From a virus (lineage: Duplodnaviria; Caudoviricetes): a stretch of DNA of 57,799 bases. Numbering within the stretch: the first letter of the stretch is position 1; each line of letters opens with the position of its first letter. A program made the translations under genes and the position numbers. The stretch spans positions 1 through 57,799 of IMG/VR virus record IMGVR_UViG_3300047560_001719; one strand, given 5' to 3'. Shown here piece after piece: positions 1 to 9,352 of the stretch. The notes below the pieces were generated by a model. That model was not told where the DNA came from. It saw nothing but the letters and a program-made list of their open reading frames with translations, and did no database searches.

Positions 1-1311
1 GTAGTCTATATTCCTGAAGTTCCTAACCTGCTCTGCAGTTCAGATGGAAAGATATCTTTCCGTCAGATGGAAGATTACTTTGTAGGCATTTCGAAGATCG
101 TTTCTCAGCTCAAACTTCAGGCTAAGTTCATCAAGGACGAGTGCGCCAAAGAACTCATCGAAGCTATTAAGAAAATTGAAAAGCTGATCGACGATATCAC
201 TGGTATCCTCATGACTGATGTGATGAAGAAGATTAAGTCAAAAGAAGAGGAGTTGAAGTACAAGGTCCGTGAGTTCTTCAAAGAGATCGATGTCTGGTTT
301 CAGAAGAAGATCGTAGAAGCTTTGCTAAAGATCATTAAGATCCTAGGAATTCCTGATATCCTAGCGATGCCGATTCCCTTTATCAGCGCGGTTACGCTTG
401 CTGATGCTAATGGAAACCCCGTTCGTTATCAGCCAGTGATCAGAGACTTCTTTACAAAAGAAGGTAAAGTCAAGATCAAAGCAGCTATCGCAGAAGATAT
501 CGAATCGATCAAGAAGTTCTTCGGTGGTGACAAGTATGATGGTACACTTGGCATCAAGAGCCCAGAACATGAAGCTGAAGAGTTCTGGCAAAAGGCTATG
601 AGATGGATGAAGGAGATGCTGAGCGACTTCATCGGTAAGTGTATCAATGCTATGATCAAACTTCTCACAAAGATCCCGATCATCGGCCCGCTGATCAAGA
701 AGCTCGGTCTGTTCATCGATCCTACGAAGCCTATCAAAGAACAGCTCAAGAAGATGTACGAAGAGCTGAAAGCCAAGATCAAGAAAGCGAAAGAAGACGT
801 CTTATCGGGTAAAGCACTGAAGGATCTTGGAGAGAAGATCCTTCAAGAACTGATAGACTTTGTATTGAATCTGCCGATCCCGCTGTTCGGAACTCTCGGT
901 AAACTAATTGGGTTTGTAGAGAAAGAGAGAAAGAAGAAGGAAACTGTACACTCGAAAGTAGGGTTGTGGCATCGAATCGAAGATGCGTTCGAAGATGCCA
1001 TGGAAAAGATCAAGCGATTCTTTCAAGGTGAGTTCATTGGTAAGATCTATGACATCCTTCTAAAGGCACCAGGTTGGTTGCTGAAGCAGTTCCCTATCAT
1101 CGGTAAGATCATCAGAACTATTGAGTTGATCATCAATATCATTCGCGGCAAGGTTCCAGTTTGCTTTGTAATCAGTATCATCTTAAAACCAATCTTTGAT
1201 ATCCCTGAGCAGATCTTGAAGTTCCTTCCAGATTGCATCGAGATCAAGCGAACGAAGTACGGGTTAGAACCAAACCCTGCAGTATCTCCGGAGTGGGCGA
1301 GACCAGTATGA
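1..1311 (+). CDS. Hypothetical Lys/Ile/Leu-rich, mostly alpha-helical protein, 5'-truncated
   Basis: Frame 1 is open from base 1 (VVYIPEVPNLLCSSDGKISFRQ-MEDY), so the true start probably lies upstream of the window rather than at ATG 67. Recurring IP(I/L/F)(I/F)G-type motifs. Stop overlaps the next ATG (ATGA 1308-1311). Confidence 0.75.
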   Translation, partial: VVYIPEVPNLLCSSDGKISFRQMEDYFVGISKIVSQLKLQAKFIKDECAKELIEAIKKIEKLIDDITGILMTDVMKKIKSKEEELKYKVREFFKEIDVWFQKKIVEALLKIIKILGIPDILAMPIPFISAVTLADANGNPVRYQPVIRDFFTKEGKVKIKAAIAEDIESIKKFFGGDKYDGTLGIKSPEHEAEEFWQKAMRWMKEMLSDFIGKCINAMIKLLTKIPIIGPLIKKLGLFIDPTKPIKEQLKKMYEELKAKIKKAKEDVLSGKALKDLGEKILQELIDFVLNLPIPLFGTLGKLIGFVEKERKKKETVHSKVGLWHRIEDAFEDAMEKIKRFFQGEFIGKIYDILLKAPGWLLKQFPIIGKIIRTIELIINIIRGKVPVCFVISIILKPIFDIPEQILKFLPDCIEIKRTKYGLEPNPAVSPEWARPV

Positions 1312-1763
1312 CAGATGATTACATGATCAATGAGAACGGGTTCTTCTTTACTGATATCAATGCTCCGAGTTTTCCGGACACATCTTATGGTGACTTAAGT
1401 CCTCCTGGAAATCCACCTACTACTCAACCGGAACCCGGAACGACTACTCTTACAGACGGAAAAGTAACGAAATACGAAGACGACGATATGATTATGGATC
1501 ACTTCACGTATGATGGAGAGAAGATGGTATCGTATCTCGAAACGAACAAGTCCACTGGTAAGATGATCTTGTTTACGGTCGTTCGTACACCGGGACCAAA
1601 GCTTGATCCAGTAGGGACCAACGAAGATTATCAAAACTTTGCAGATACTGGAACGGTTGGCAACTTAGCTGATGATATTCCGGATGCTGATATCGAAAAT
1701 TATGACTTTACAGAGACAGAGATTGCATCTATCGGTCCGCACGGCGAACTGATTCCAGCATAA
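1308..1763 (+). CDS. Hypothetical acidic protein (151 aa)
   Basis: ATG at 1308 overlaps the upstream TGA (ATGA coupling), which is more plausible than the TTG at 1233 in the ORF track. No recognisable family. Confidence 0.7.
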   Translation: MTDDYMINENGFFFTDINAPSFPDTSYGDLSPPGNPPTTQPEPGTTTLTDGKVTKYEDDDMIMDHFTYDGEKMVSYLETNKSTGKMILFTVVRTPGPKLDPVGTNEDYQNFADTGTVGNLADDIPDADIENYDFTETEIASIGPHGELIPA

Positions 1764-1766
1764 ATA
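1759..1766 (+). promoter_or_regulatory. T4-type late promoter variant CATAAATA
   Basis: One mismatch to the gp55 consensus TATAAATA, 20 nt upstream of the gp25 ATG. Confidence 0.6.
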
Positions 1767-1785
1767 AAATAAAAGCAGGGTATCC

Positions 1786-2214
1786 ATGACAGACAGAATA
1801 GACGCTCTTACGACTCGGAAAACAGTACAAAAAGATCCGGTCTTTACAGATTTTTATAACAACTTTAACGTGCATCCGCAGACCAAAAACCTTGTTCTTC
1901 ACACAGACGAACAAGCGGTAAGAAGATCGCTGCGTAATATTTTGTCGACCAACAAAAAAGAAAGACTCTTTAATCCGGATTTTGGTAGCGGATTAAGAAG
2001 ATTTTTGTTCGAAGATATTTCTGTACTTACAACTGATCTCATGAAAGATGCTATTCAGGATGCTATCAAGAAGTATGAACCACGAGTAAGAGTAACAGAC
2101 GTGTTGATTATTACCAATGAGTTCGCTCATTCGTACGATGTATCAGTCTATTACGAGATCATAAATAATATTAATCCTCAAACACTTCAATTAACCCTTT
2201 ATAGAGTAAGATAA
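1786..2214 (+). CDS. gp25: Baseplate wedge subunit gp25 (GPW/gp25 family)
   Basis: Motifs AVRRSLRNILST-KKERLFNPDFGS-LRRFLFE and I-KYEPRV; lies directly upstream of gp6 as in non-enteric T4-like phages. Confidence 0.93.
   Translation: MTDRIDALTTRKTVQKDPVFTDFYNNFNVHPQTKNLVLHTDEQAVRRSLRNILSTNKKERLFNPDFGSGLRRFLFEDISVLTTDLMKDAIQDAIKKYEPRVRVTDVLIITNEFAHSYDVSVYYEIINNINPQTLQLTLYRVR
2160..2167 (+). promoter_or_regulatory. Probable late promoter CATAAATA inside the 3' end of gp25, serving gp6
   Basis: NATAAATA match about 50 nt before the gp6 start. Confidence 0.5.
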
Positions 2215-4091
2215 TGGCAGATTCCAGCATAGTCCTTACACAACTAGACTTCGATTCCTATAAGGACTCGCTCAAGACCTTCTTGAAATCTCAAGATCGA
2301 TTCAAGGACTATGACTTCGAAGCAAGTAACATGTCAGTGTTGCTCGATCTGTTGTCATACAACACATATCAGAACGCGTTCTATCTGAACATGGTCAGCA
2401 ACGAGATGTTCCTTGACTCAGCCAAAATGCGTGACAGCGTTATCTCGCATGCCAAGGAACTGAATTATCTTCCGCGTTCTTTCCGTTCTTCAAAAGCTGT
2501 GATCAAACTCACTATCACTTCAGCTGACTCAGCCAAGAGATCCATCGTGGTTCCAAAAGGAACCATCTTTAGCACAAGAATAGACGACTCTACCTATAAC
2601 TTTAGCACGGTAGAAAACATCGTTATCACGAATCGTTCACCTTCTGGTTCGAACTTCATTTATACTAGCGATGCTATCGATATCTACGAGGGAAGCTACC
2701 TAAGCGATACTTACAACGTCAACTATAATAATCCGCTAGTATTCAAGATCAGCAACAAAAGAGTCGACCTTGAAAGTCTGCTCGTAACCGTATTCGAAGA
2801 CAACGGCACGACCACTCATACTTACACTCGCGCGACTTCTCTGTTCGGACATGATCTGAACTCGAAGGTATTCTTCCTACAACCAGGAATTGGTGATACT
2901 TACGAAGTAGTGTTCGGAGATGGAGTCGTAGGTCGTAAGCCAAAAAACAACTCGGTTGTGATCATGGAATATCGCTCGTGCGCTGGTGAACTTCCAAACG
3001 GTGCATATCGCTTTCTGAATACTGCTCGTATCGATAACGAATCGAACATCGCTATTGAAGTCATAAGCGCTGCCGCAGACGGTGCGGTTGCCGAAGACAT
3101 GAACTCGATTAAGTACAACGCTCCTCGTGCTTTCACTACACAAGAACGTGCTGTCACTTCAGAAGATTACGAGAACCTACTCAAAGCAAATTTCCCTGAG
3201 ATCAACGCTGTCGTAGCATACGGTGGTGAAGAAGCTACTCCTCCGCAGTATGGCAGAATCTTCTTGTCGATCGATCTTCAAGACGTAGACGGTCTACCAA
3301 AGATCAAAGAGAACGAGTACAAGAGATTCCTTCGTTCACGTTCTTCTGTGGCTATCGAACCGCTTTTCGTATCTCCCGACTACACATATCTGTACGTCAA
3401 GACAAACATCAAGTACAACATCAACAGAACTGGTCTGAACCCAGAAGATATTCGTACTTACGTTATCGATGCTATCTTAAACTACGCTTCTGCTAACCTG
3501 AACAACTTCGGTCGTACTCTACGTTACTCGCGTTTCGTTCGTAACATCGACACTGCTGAGAACAGTATCATCAGCAACGAGACAGAGATCGAGCTAGTCA
3601 AGTATCTCACACCGATCTTGAGTACTACAGTGACAGGCACCTCTACTGCTACTTCTGGTTCTCTTGTAGCATTGGCTTCTTCAGGTGTAACTACATCTGG
3701 CCAGAACGTAACGATCGACTTTAAGAATCCTCTGCGTGACGATATTCCTGGAAAAGGAACAGAACACGTCATCGGAGATATTCATATCGTGAGCTCTTCG
3801 AACTTTACTTACAACGGGTTACCTAACTGCCGTCTCGAAGACGACGGTGATGGCATCATGAGAATCGTAAACAGTCAAGGCACTCAGCATAGAACTATCA
3901 CTAATATTGGTACAGTCGATTATAGTACTGGTATTGTCAATATCACTAACTTCAATATCACCAATTTTGTCGGTACATCTCTCAAGATCTATGCCAAACC
4001 GCGTACTCTGGACATCACGTCGTCCCAGAACGTCATACTAAATATCCTTGAAAACGACGTCGACGTCACAATCGAACAGATCAGAGAATAA
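2214..4091 (+). CDS. gp6: Baseplate wedge subunit gp6
   Basis: LDFD..K..LK.FLKSQ..FKDYDFE.SN.SVLLDLL.YNT, FGDGVVG.KP, RAVT..DY and PPQYGRIF motifs typical of T4 gp6. Confidence 0.95.
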   Translation: MADSSIVLTQLDFDSYKDSLKTFLKSQDRFKDYDFEASNMSVLLDLLSYNTYQNAFYLNMVSNEMFLDSAKMRDSVISHAKELNYLPRSFRSSKAVIKLTITSADSAKRSIVVPKGTIFSTRIDDSTYNFSTVENIVITNRSPSGSNFIYTSDAIDIYEGSYLSDTYNVNYNNPLVFKISNKRVDLESLLVTVFEDNGTTTHTYTRATSLFGHDLNSKVFFLQPGIGDTYEVVFGDGVVGRKPKNNSVVIMEYRSCAGELPNGAYRFLNTARIDNESNIAIEVISAAADGAVAEDMNSIKYNAPRAFTTQERAVTSEDYENLLKANFPEINAVVAYGGEEATPPQYGRIFLSIDLQDVDGLPKIKENEYKRFLRSRSSVAIEPLFVSPDYTYLYVKTNIKYNINRTGLNPEDIRTYVIDAILNYASANLNNFGRTLRYSRFVRNIDTAENSIISNETEIELVKYLTPILSTTVTGTSTATSGSLVALASSGVTTSGQNVTIDFKNPLRDDIPGKGTEHVIGDIHIVSSSNFTYNGLPNCRLEDDGDGIMRIVNSQGTQHRTITNIGTVDYSTGIVNITNFNITNFVGTSLKIYAKPRTLDITSSQNVILNILENDVDVTIEQIRE

Positions 4092-7000
4092 TGAAGAACA
4101 TCGAAAAGAGAATCTCTCCGTTAATCGAAAGTCAGTTCCCTTCTTTTTATCAAGAAGAGGGAGAGAACTTCATTGCGTTCGTGAAAGCATACTACGAGTG
4201 GCTAGAAAATACTAATAATCCTCTCTACCATACTCGTCGTCTTCCGAACTATCGTGATATCGATGAGACGACTGACGACTTCATCGTTCACTTCAAAGAA
4301 AAGTATCTGAAGAACATTCAGTTCGATACTGCTACCAACAAGAAACTACTCGTCAAGAACTCGCTCGACCTGTATCGTTCGAAGGGTACAGAGCAATCGA
4401 TCGACCTGTTCTTTAAACTTGTATACGGTACATCTGCAGAAGTTCGTTATCCTGCTGATAAAATCTTTCGTCTGTCAGACGGGATCTACGAGCGTCCAGA
4501 ATACCTCGAGATCGGATACTCGATCTACAACATCGACTACGTCGGTAAGCAGATCGTCGGTCAGCTTTCTGGTGCCAAGGCATTCGTCGAGAAGTACATT
4601 CGCCGTCGCGCTGGTAAAGGCTATGTCAATCTTCTGTACATCTCTGGTCGAGAAGGTGAGTTTCAAAACGGTGAAGTTATCGGTCTGAACGTAAACAATC
4701 AACCAGTCTTTAACATCAAGAAAAGATCAAAGCTCGTAGGTTCTGTCAAGCGTGTAACAGTTCAGACTCGCGGCCGTGATTTCAACGTAGGTGATATCGT
4801 AAAGTTTGTTAACAGCGACAGAGGTCTAGGTGGACTGGCACGAGTCGAATCGATCGACTCAGAAGCAGGTCTTGTCGACTTCATCTTCGTCGACGGCGGT
4901 TACGGATATACTCTCAACTCTGAATCGATCATCTCTGAAAAAGTATTGAACCTTGACTACGTCACTGCAGACTACACGAGCGGGCAATACTATCGCCTGT
5001 TCGAGAGAGGTATTCAGCCGGTAGTCAACATCGGTTACAGCACTGCTACTTCGAACGTATCTGTCGGTAATACAGTCTATCGTTATGCTGCCAACGGGCA
5101 ACTCGCTGCCGAAGGTAGAGTTCTCGAAGTATCTGCTTCTTCGAATACAAACGGTTACATTTCTGTTTCTCATACTGCAGGTGTCTTCGTACCCAACGCT
5201 ACTTACGGTACGGCTAGCAACGTCATCACTTTCAAAGCTGAGACGGTAGAAGATAAGTCGATGTCGGGCAAGTTCATGAACACGCCGACCGACTACTTCG
5301 TAACCATCACGTCTCCATCACAGCCTTTCATGGTAGGCGATGTGATCATGCAGGTGAACAGCTCTGCTGCCATCGGTACTGCCACGGTAGCCAATGTCGT
5401 GGTAGTAGGAGACGGTACTATTCTGTCTGTGACAGATGCTCGCGGTGTATTCAAAAACAGTAAGAGAATGGCTGACTGGGACTATAAGGTCGGTTCGGGA
5501 ACTATTACATCGTCGAACACAAGCAACGTGGTAACGGGTACATCTACATCTTTTAGCAACAACTACCTGAACGCTACTCTCTACACTACAGGAAACGTTG
5601 TAGTAGGAAACGTGGCCACAGTAATCAACTCAACGTCTCTGACTCTTTCATCGAACGCTGCCGTAAGCGTCTCGACCAACGCTCATAGTTACGGTCTGAC
5701 TTATCGTATTGTTAATCAAAACAATACTCAGATCTATGCAAACGTCAGCCACGTTAACCTCGATGCTGGTCTGTACGACATCAAGAAACAAGTACATACT
5801 ATTCAGTTCAACAGCTGTTCATCGAACAACGTCACGTTCGCGAACAACATCTATATCTACAATACTTCTGGAAACCTTGTTTCAGAAGGTCAGGTCATCA
5901 CTGTCAACTACAGTGCCGCTTCGAATAGCGGAAACCTAACGTTCGTATCTCGTAAGGGTTACTGGAACGAGACGGACACAGTATACACTGCATCGAATGC
6001 CGTCAACTTTAAGATCGTTTCATACTCTCTCGATATTGAGGGTGGAGACTACGTCAGATCGTATCCAGCTCGAATCATCGCTCCTCTATCTAACACTGGA
6101 GCTAATATAGCTTCTATTAGTTATGGATCTGGTGCAGGGTTTGGTGTAGGGACGATCGGCGAAACAGAAGTAATCTTTGTTGGTACAGACATTGTTTCGG
6201 CCAACAGCCAAGACACACTCGACTATAGCAGAAAGCAACTATCTGTTACATCTAACTCGGGTTTTGCTGTAGGTCAAAGAGTTTATCAACAAGTTCGAAA
6301 GAGCTCATTTAACCCTTCGACTGCAGTCAACGCTACGAGCGGGTTTATCACCATCACGAACGCCAACACTTACTACATTGCTGGTGATCAGGTAACATAT
6401 GAAGTTGCTGCAGGTAACACAGCTGTCACCACTCTCGAGAGTGGAAAAACATATCATGTCGTGTTCTCAAATACATCTGGTCTGATACTGTCTCAGACTG
6501 CCAACAAGTACGTGCATATCAACAGCACAAGTTATCCTGGTGAAACGTTTGCTAACACGTCATTTAATGTTCCTGCTTTCGCGGCTACACGAGCGAACCA
6601 AACTGGACATTACATCTATAAGAAAGCATATGGAACAGTATACGATGTTGCAGGAACTACTCTGAAGATCAAAGATCCGATCAGAAGTTTTGGTTTCACT
6701 AATACATCTTCGACTCCGTCAAACAGTAATATAATTGTCTATAGTAATACTCTCGTAAACACGGCTATTACAGCAGTGTCTACTCTGGCTACTCTTACTC
6801 AAGCCAATCAGGTATTTGCATCTGAACTGATCTCGAGTGACGCTTATGGTTTTCCGAAGAATCCAGAAGGCAACTTCCTGGATAATCTCTATGCATGTCT
6901 GACGTTCGGTAGATTTGAGATTGGTATCATCGGTTCTCTCAATCAAGTCAACCCAGGTACAGACTACAACATCGACCCGTTCGTGTTGGCCTATCAGCCT

Positions 7001-9352
7001 TATATCTCGGCATTCGATCGAAAAGATCTTGTGATCTCTTACGAGAACGCTACGCGTAATTTCGTTACAGGTGAAATCGTTAATCAGTCACAAGCAAACC
7101 TAAAGTTCTACGATCTGAAGGTTTCTTCTGGTGCATACAGCAACACATACGATGCCAAGACTTTCACAGTTCAGACTCAGTACGAAGTCAACAGCACATC
7201 GAACGCTATCTTCTATCGTAACATCACCTCGACGTTTAATCCAACCGACGAAGTCAACTCTAACACAGACTTTATTACGATCACCGGTAACGAGTTTGCA
7301 GCTAACGATCTCGTTCGTTACTTCACCGATACTGGCAACACCGCTGTCACTGGCATGTCGAACAACTCTTACTACTACATCTTGTCATCGAACTCGACTG
7401 GCGTGATCCTTACTACTGATGCAGGTAACACTGCAGCCAAGGTCAACATCACTCAGAGCTCGAACGTTGCAGAGTTCAACTCAAATACGAGTGTGGACAA
7501 CAGTAACAACTTTATCTCGATCGCATCGGCAAACAGTCTGTTCGCGAACGGATCTCAGGTACGTTACGTAGTAACTCCTGGAACTACTGCTCTTTCTGGT
7601 CTGACTGAAGAATCTCTGTATTACGTTCGTTACGCTAACAGCACTGGCTTAGCTCTTTCTACGACAGCAAGCGGATCGAACGTCGACATCACTGCTCTGG
7701 CTCCTGGTGCAAACGGTCACTTCCTAAGATACTATAACCCTGATATTTCTGGACATCAACTCCGTAGCTATACCAACGAGTTTGCAAACGGACAGATCGT
7801 TCAGTATAGAATCCCGACAGGAAACACTGCTATCGGCGGGTTGACAGCAAACGCCACGTACTACGTCGTAGAAGCTAACACAGTGGCGTTTAAGCTTTCA
7901 TCGACTCTTGGTGGTACATCGATCAACATCACAGCCAACTCGACGGGCGGCGAATCGCATACTATCGCCACTCTTCCTGGTTATCTTCCAAAGGATCGTC
8001 TGTTCCAGAACGTAGGCGGTAACATCGTCAACGCCACGGTCTCTTCGATCTTCTCGAATACTACAGGAGACTACGTTCGAATCACAGCAAACACCGCGGC
8101 CATTACGAACAACGCTATCATCTATTCTTACACTGTTCCAACTGCCAACGGTCTGATCTCAAGCGTATCGCTGTTCGAGATCGTTTCGACTGCCAAGGCG
8201 ATCGTCAAGTCAAGTAATGGTACTCATATCTTCGCGAAGAGAATCACCTTCGAGAATACATGGCAAGCAAACGGAACTATGATAGGTGAAGTCAGCGGTG
8301 CAGAAGCAGACGTGACGGGTGTGACAGAAGACGATTCGGTCTTGTACCCAATCGGCCTCAATGCAGATATCACTGCAAACGTTGTGACGGCAAACGGAGA
8401 AGTTACATCTCTACAAGTTATCGACTCTGGATTCGCTTACTCGAACTCTGAGATCGTTGACTTCGTGTCAGAAGATAATCTTCGTGCTGGTACGGCGAAG
8501 ATGATCCTTGATGGTCATGGTATCGGTAAAGGTTACTATCGCAGCTCGAAGGGATTCTTGTCTGACGATATCTACGTCCACGACGGTGACTACTACCAAG
8601 AATACTCTTACGAGATCCTATCGAAGATCTCGGTAGATAGATATGCAGACATGTTCAAGAAGGTCATGCACATGGCCGGAACGAAGTTCTTCGGCTCTGC
8701 ACAGGTAATCGAAGAGTCGAACGTCGCGCTCTCTGTCTCGAGCATCTCGACTGGTCAAGAAGTACAGTTCAATTCAGTAGACGACGTCTCGACCGTCAAC
8801 GATACTATTCAGACAGACATCGAAGATGCGCAGTATACCTTCCAAGTGAAGGATGTGAACAATGATACAGACTTTATATCACTCACGGTTAATCCCTATT
8901 ATAACAGTCAGGTATATAATGTACATGATTATTTACAGTATACTACGCTAGAAACGCAAACTATTCCTACTGGCGATGGAAGTTCTGGTTTGTCGAACAA
9001 TAGTTATTACTACGTGGTGTTTGCTAACACGACCGGCATCAAGATCTCCGAGACAAGAGGAGGAGATGCTCTTAACCTGAACACCGCCGCGATTAGTAAT
9101 ACTCTTGCTCTTCATAATCTTACGAGAGTCATCAACCCGTTTGCAAACGGCGATCTTGTACTGTACACGACTTCGAACACTGTGGTTCAGGGTTTGACGA
9201 ATGCCACTTCATACTACGTGGTTAACACGACTCCGAATACGGTAAAACTATCGTTGACAGCCAACGGAAGTCCTATAAATATAACAGCGAATGGTAGCAT
9301 CAGCGGTAGCGCGACTGCTGGTCACTTCTTGACAAAGACGGTAGAGGAATAA
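4091..9352 (+). CDS. gp7: Baseplate wedge initiator gp7, enlarged by inserted beta-rich domains (1753 aa)
   Basis: N-terminal I..QFP.F..E....FI.F.KAYYEWLE and LYRSKGT..S..LFFK.VYG; late YYQEYSYEI...S...Y....KK..H.AGTKFFG; position between gp6 and gp8. Confidence 0.88.
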   Translation: MKNIEKRISPLIESQFPSFYQEEGENFIAFVKAYYEWLENTNNPLYHTRRLPNYRDIDETTDDFIVHFKEKYLKNIQFDTATNKKLLVKNSLDLYRSKGTEQSIDLFFKLVYGTSAEVRYPADKIFRLSDGIYERPEYLEIGYSIYNIDYVGKQIVGQLSGAKAFVEKYIRRRAGKGYVNLLYISGREGEFQNGEVIGLNVNNQPVFNIKKRSKLVGSVKRVTVQTRGRDFNVGDIVKFVNSDRGLGGLARVESIDSEAGLVDFIFVDGGYGYTLNSESIISEKVLNLDYVTADYTSGQYYRLFERGIQPVVNIGYSTATSNVSVGNTVYRYAANGQLAAEGRVLEVSASSNTNGYISVSHTAGVFVPNATYGTASNVITFKAETVEDKSMSGKFMNTPTDYFVTITSPSQPFMVGDVIMQVNSSAAIGTATVANVVVVGDGTILSVTDARGVFKNSKRMADWDYKVGSGTITSSNTSNVVTGTSTSFSNNYLNATLYTTGNVVVGNVATVINSTSLTLSSNAAVSVSTNAHSYGLTYRIVNQNNTQIYANVSHVNLDAGLYDIKKQVHTIQFNSCSSNNVTFANNIYIYNTSGNLVSEGQVITVNYSAASNSGNLTFVSRKGYWNETDTVYTASNAVNFKIVSYSLDIEGGDYVRSYPARIIAPLSNTGANIASISYGSGAGFGVGTIGETEVIFVGTDIVSANSQDTLDYSRKQLSVTSNSGFAVGQRVYQQVRKSSFNPSTAVNATSGFITITNANTYYIAGDQVTYEVAAGNTAVTTLESGKTYHVVFSNTSGLILSQTANKYVHINSTSYPGETFANTSFNVPAFAATRANQTGHYIYKKAYGTVYDVAGTTLKIKDPIRSFGFTNTSSTPSNSNIIVYSNTLVNTAITAVSTLATLTQANQVFASELISSDAYGFPKNPEGNFLDNLYACLTFGRFEIGIIGSLNQVNPGTDYNIDPFVLAYQPYISAFDRKDLVISYENATRNFVTGEIVNQSQANLKFYDLKVSSGAYSNTYDAKTFTVQTQYEVNSTSNAIFYRNITSTFNPTDEVNSNTDFITITGNEFAANDLVRYFTDTGNTAVTGMSNNSYYYILSSNSTGVILTTDAGNTAAKVNITQSSNVAEFNSNTSVDNSNNFISIASANSLFANGSQVRYVVTPGTTALSGLTEESLYYVRYANSTGLALSTTASGSNVDITALAPGANGHFLRYYNPDISGHQLRSYTNEFANGQIVQYRIPTGNTAIGGLTANATYYVVEANTVAFKLSSTLGGTSINITANSTGGESHTIATLPGYLPKDRLFQNVGGNIVNATVSSIFSNTTGDYVRITANTAAITNNAIIYSYTVPTANGLISSVSLFEIVSTAKAIVKSSNGTHIFAKRITFENTWQANGTMIGEVSGAEADVTGVTEDDSVLYPIGLNADITANVVTANGEVTSLQVIDSGFAYSNSEIVDFVSEDNLRAGTAKMILDGHGIGKGYYRSSKGFLSDDIYVHDGDYYQEYSYEILSKISVDRYADMFKKVMHMAGTKFFGSAQVIEESNVALSVSSISTGQEVQFNSVDDVSTVNDTIQTDIEDAQYTFQVKDVNNDTDFISLTVNPYYNSQVYNVHDYLQYTTLETQTIPTGDGSSGLSNNSYYYVVFANTTGIKISETRGGDALNLNTAAISNTLALHNLTRVINPFANGDLVLYTTSNTVVQGLTNATSYYVVNTTPNTVKLSLTANGSPINITANGSISGSATAGHFLTKTVEE
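9274..9281 (+). promoter_or_regulatory. T4-type late promoter TATAAATA
   Basis: Exact consensus inside the 3' end of gp7, about 70 nt before gp8. Confidence 0.7.

Noticed and set aside
1233-1307. ORF-track starts at 1233 (and likewise 27960 and 46133)
   Set aside because: Each overlaps the upstream gene extensively; coupled or adjacent ATGs at 1308, 27996 and 46235 fit better.
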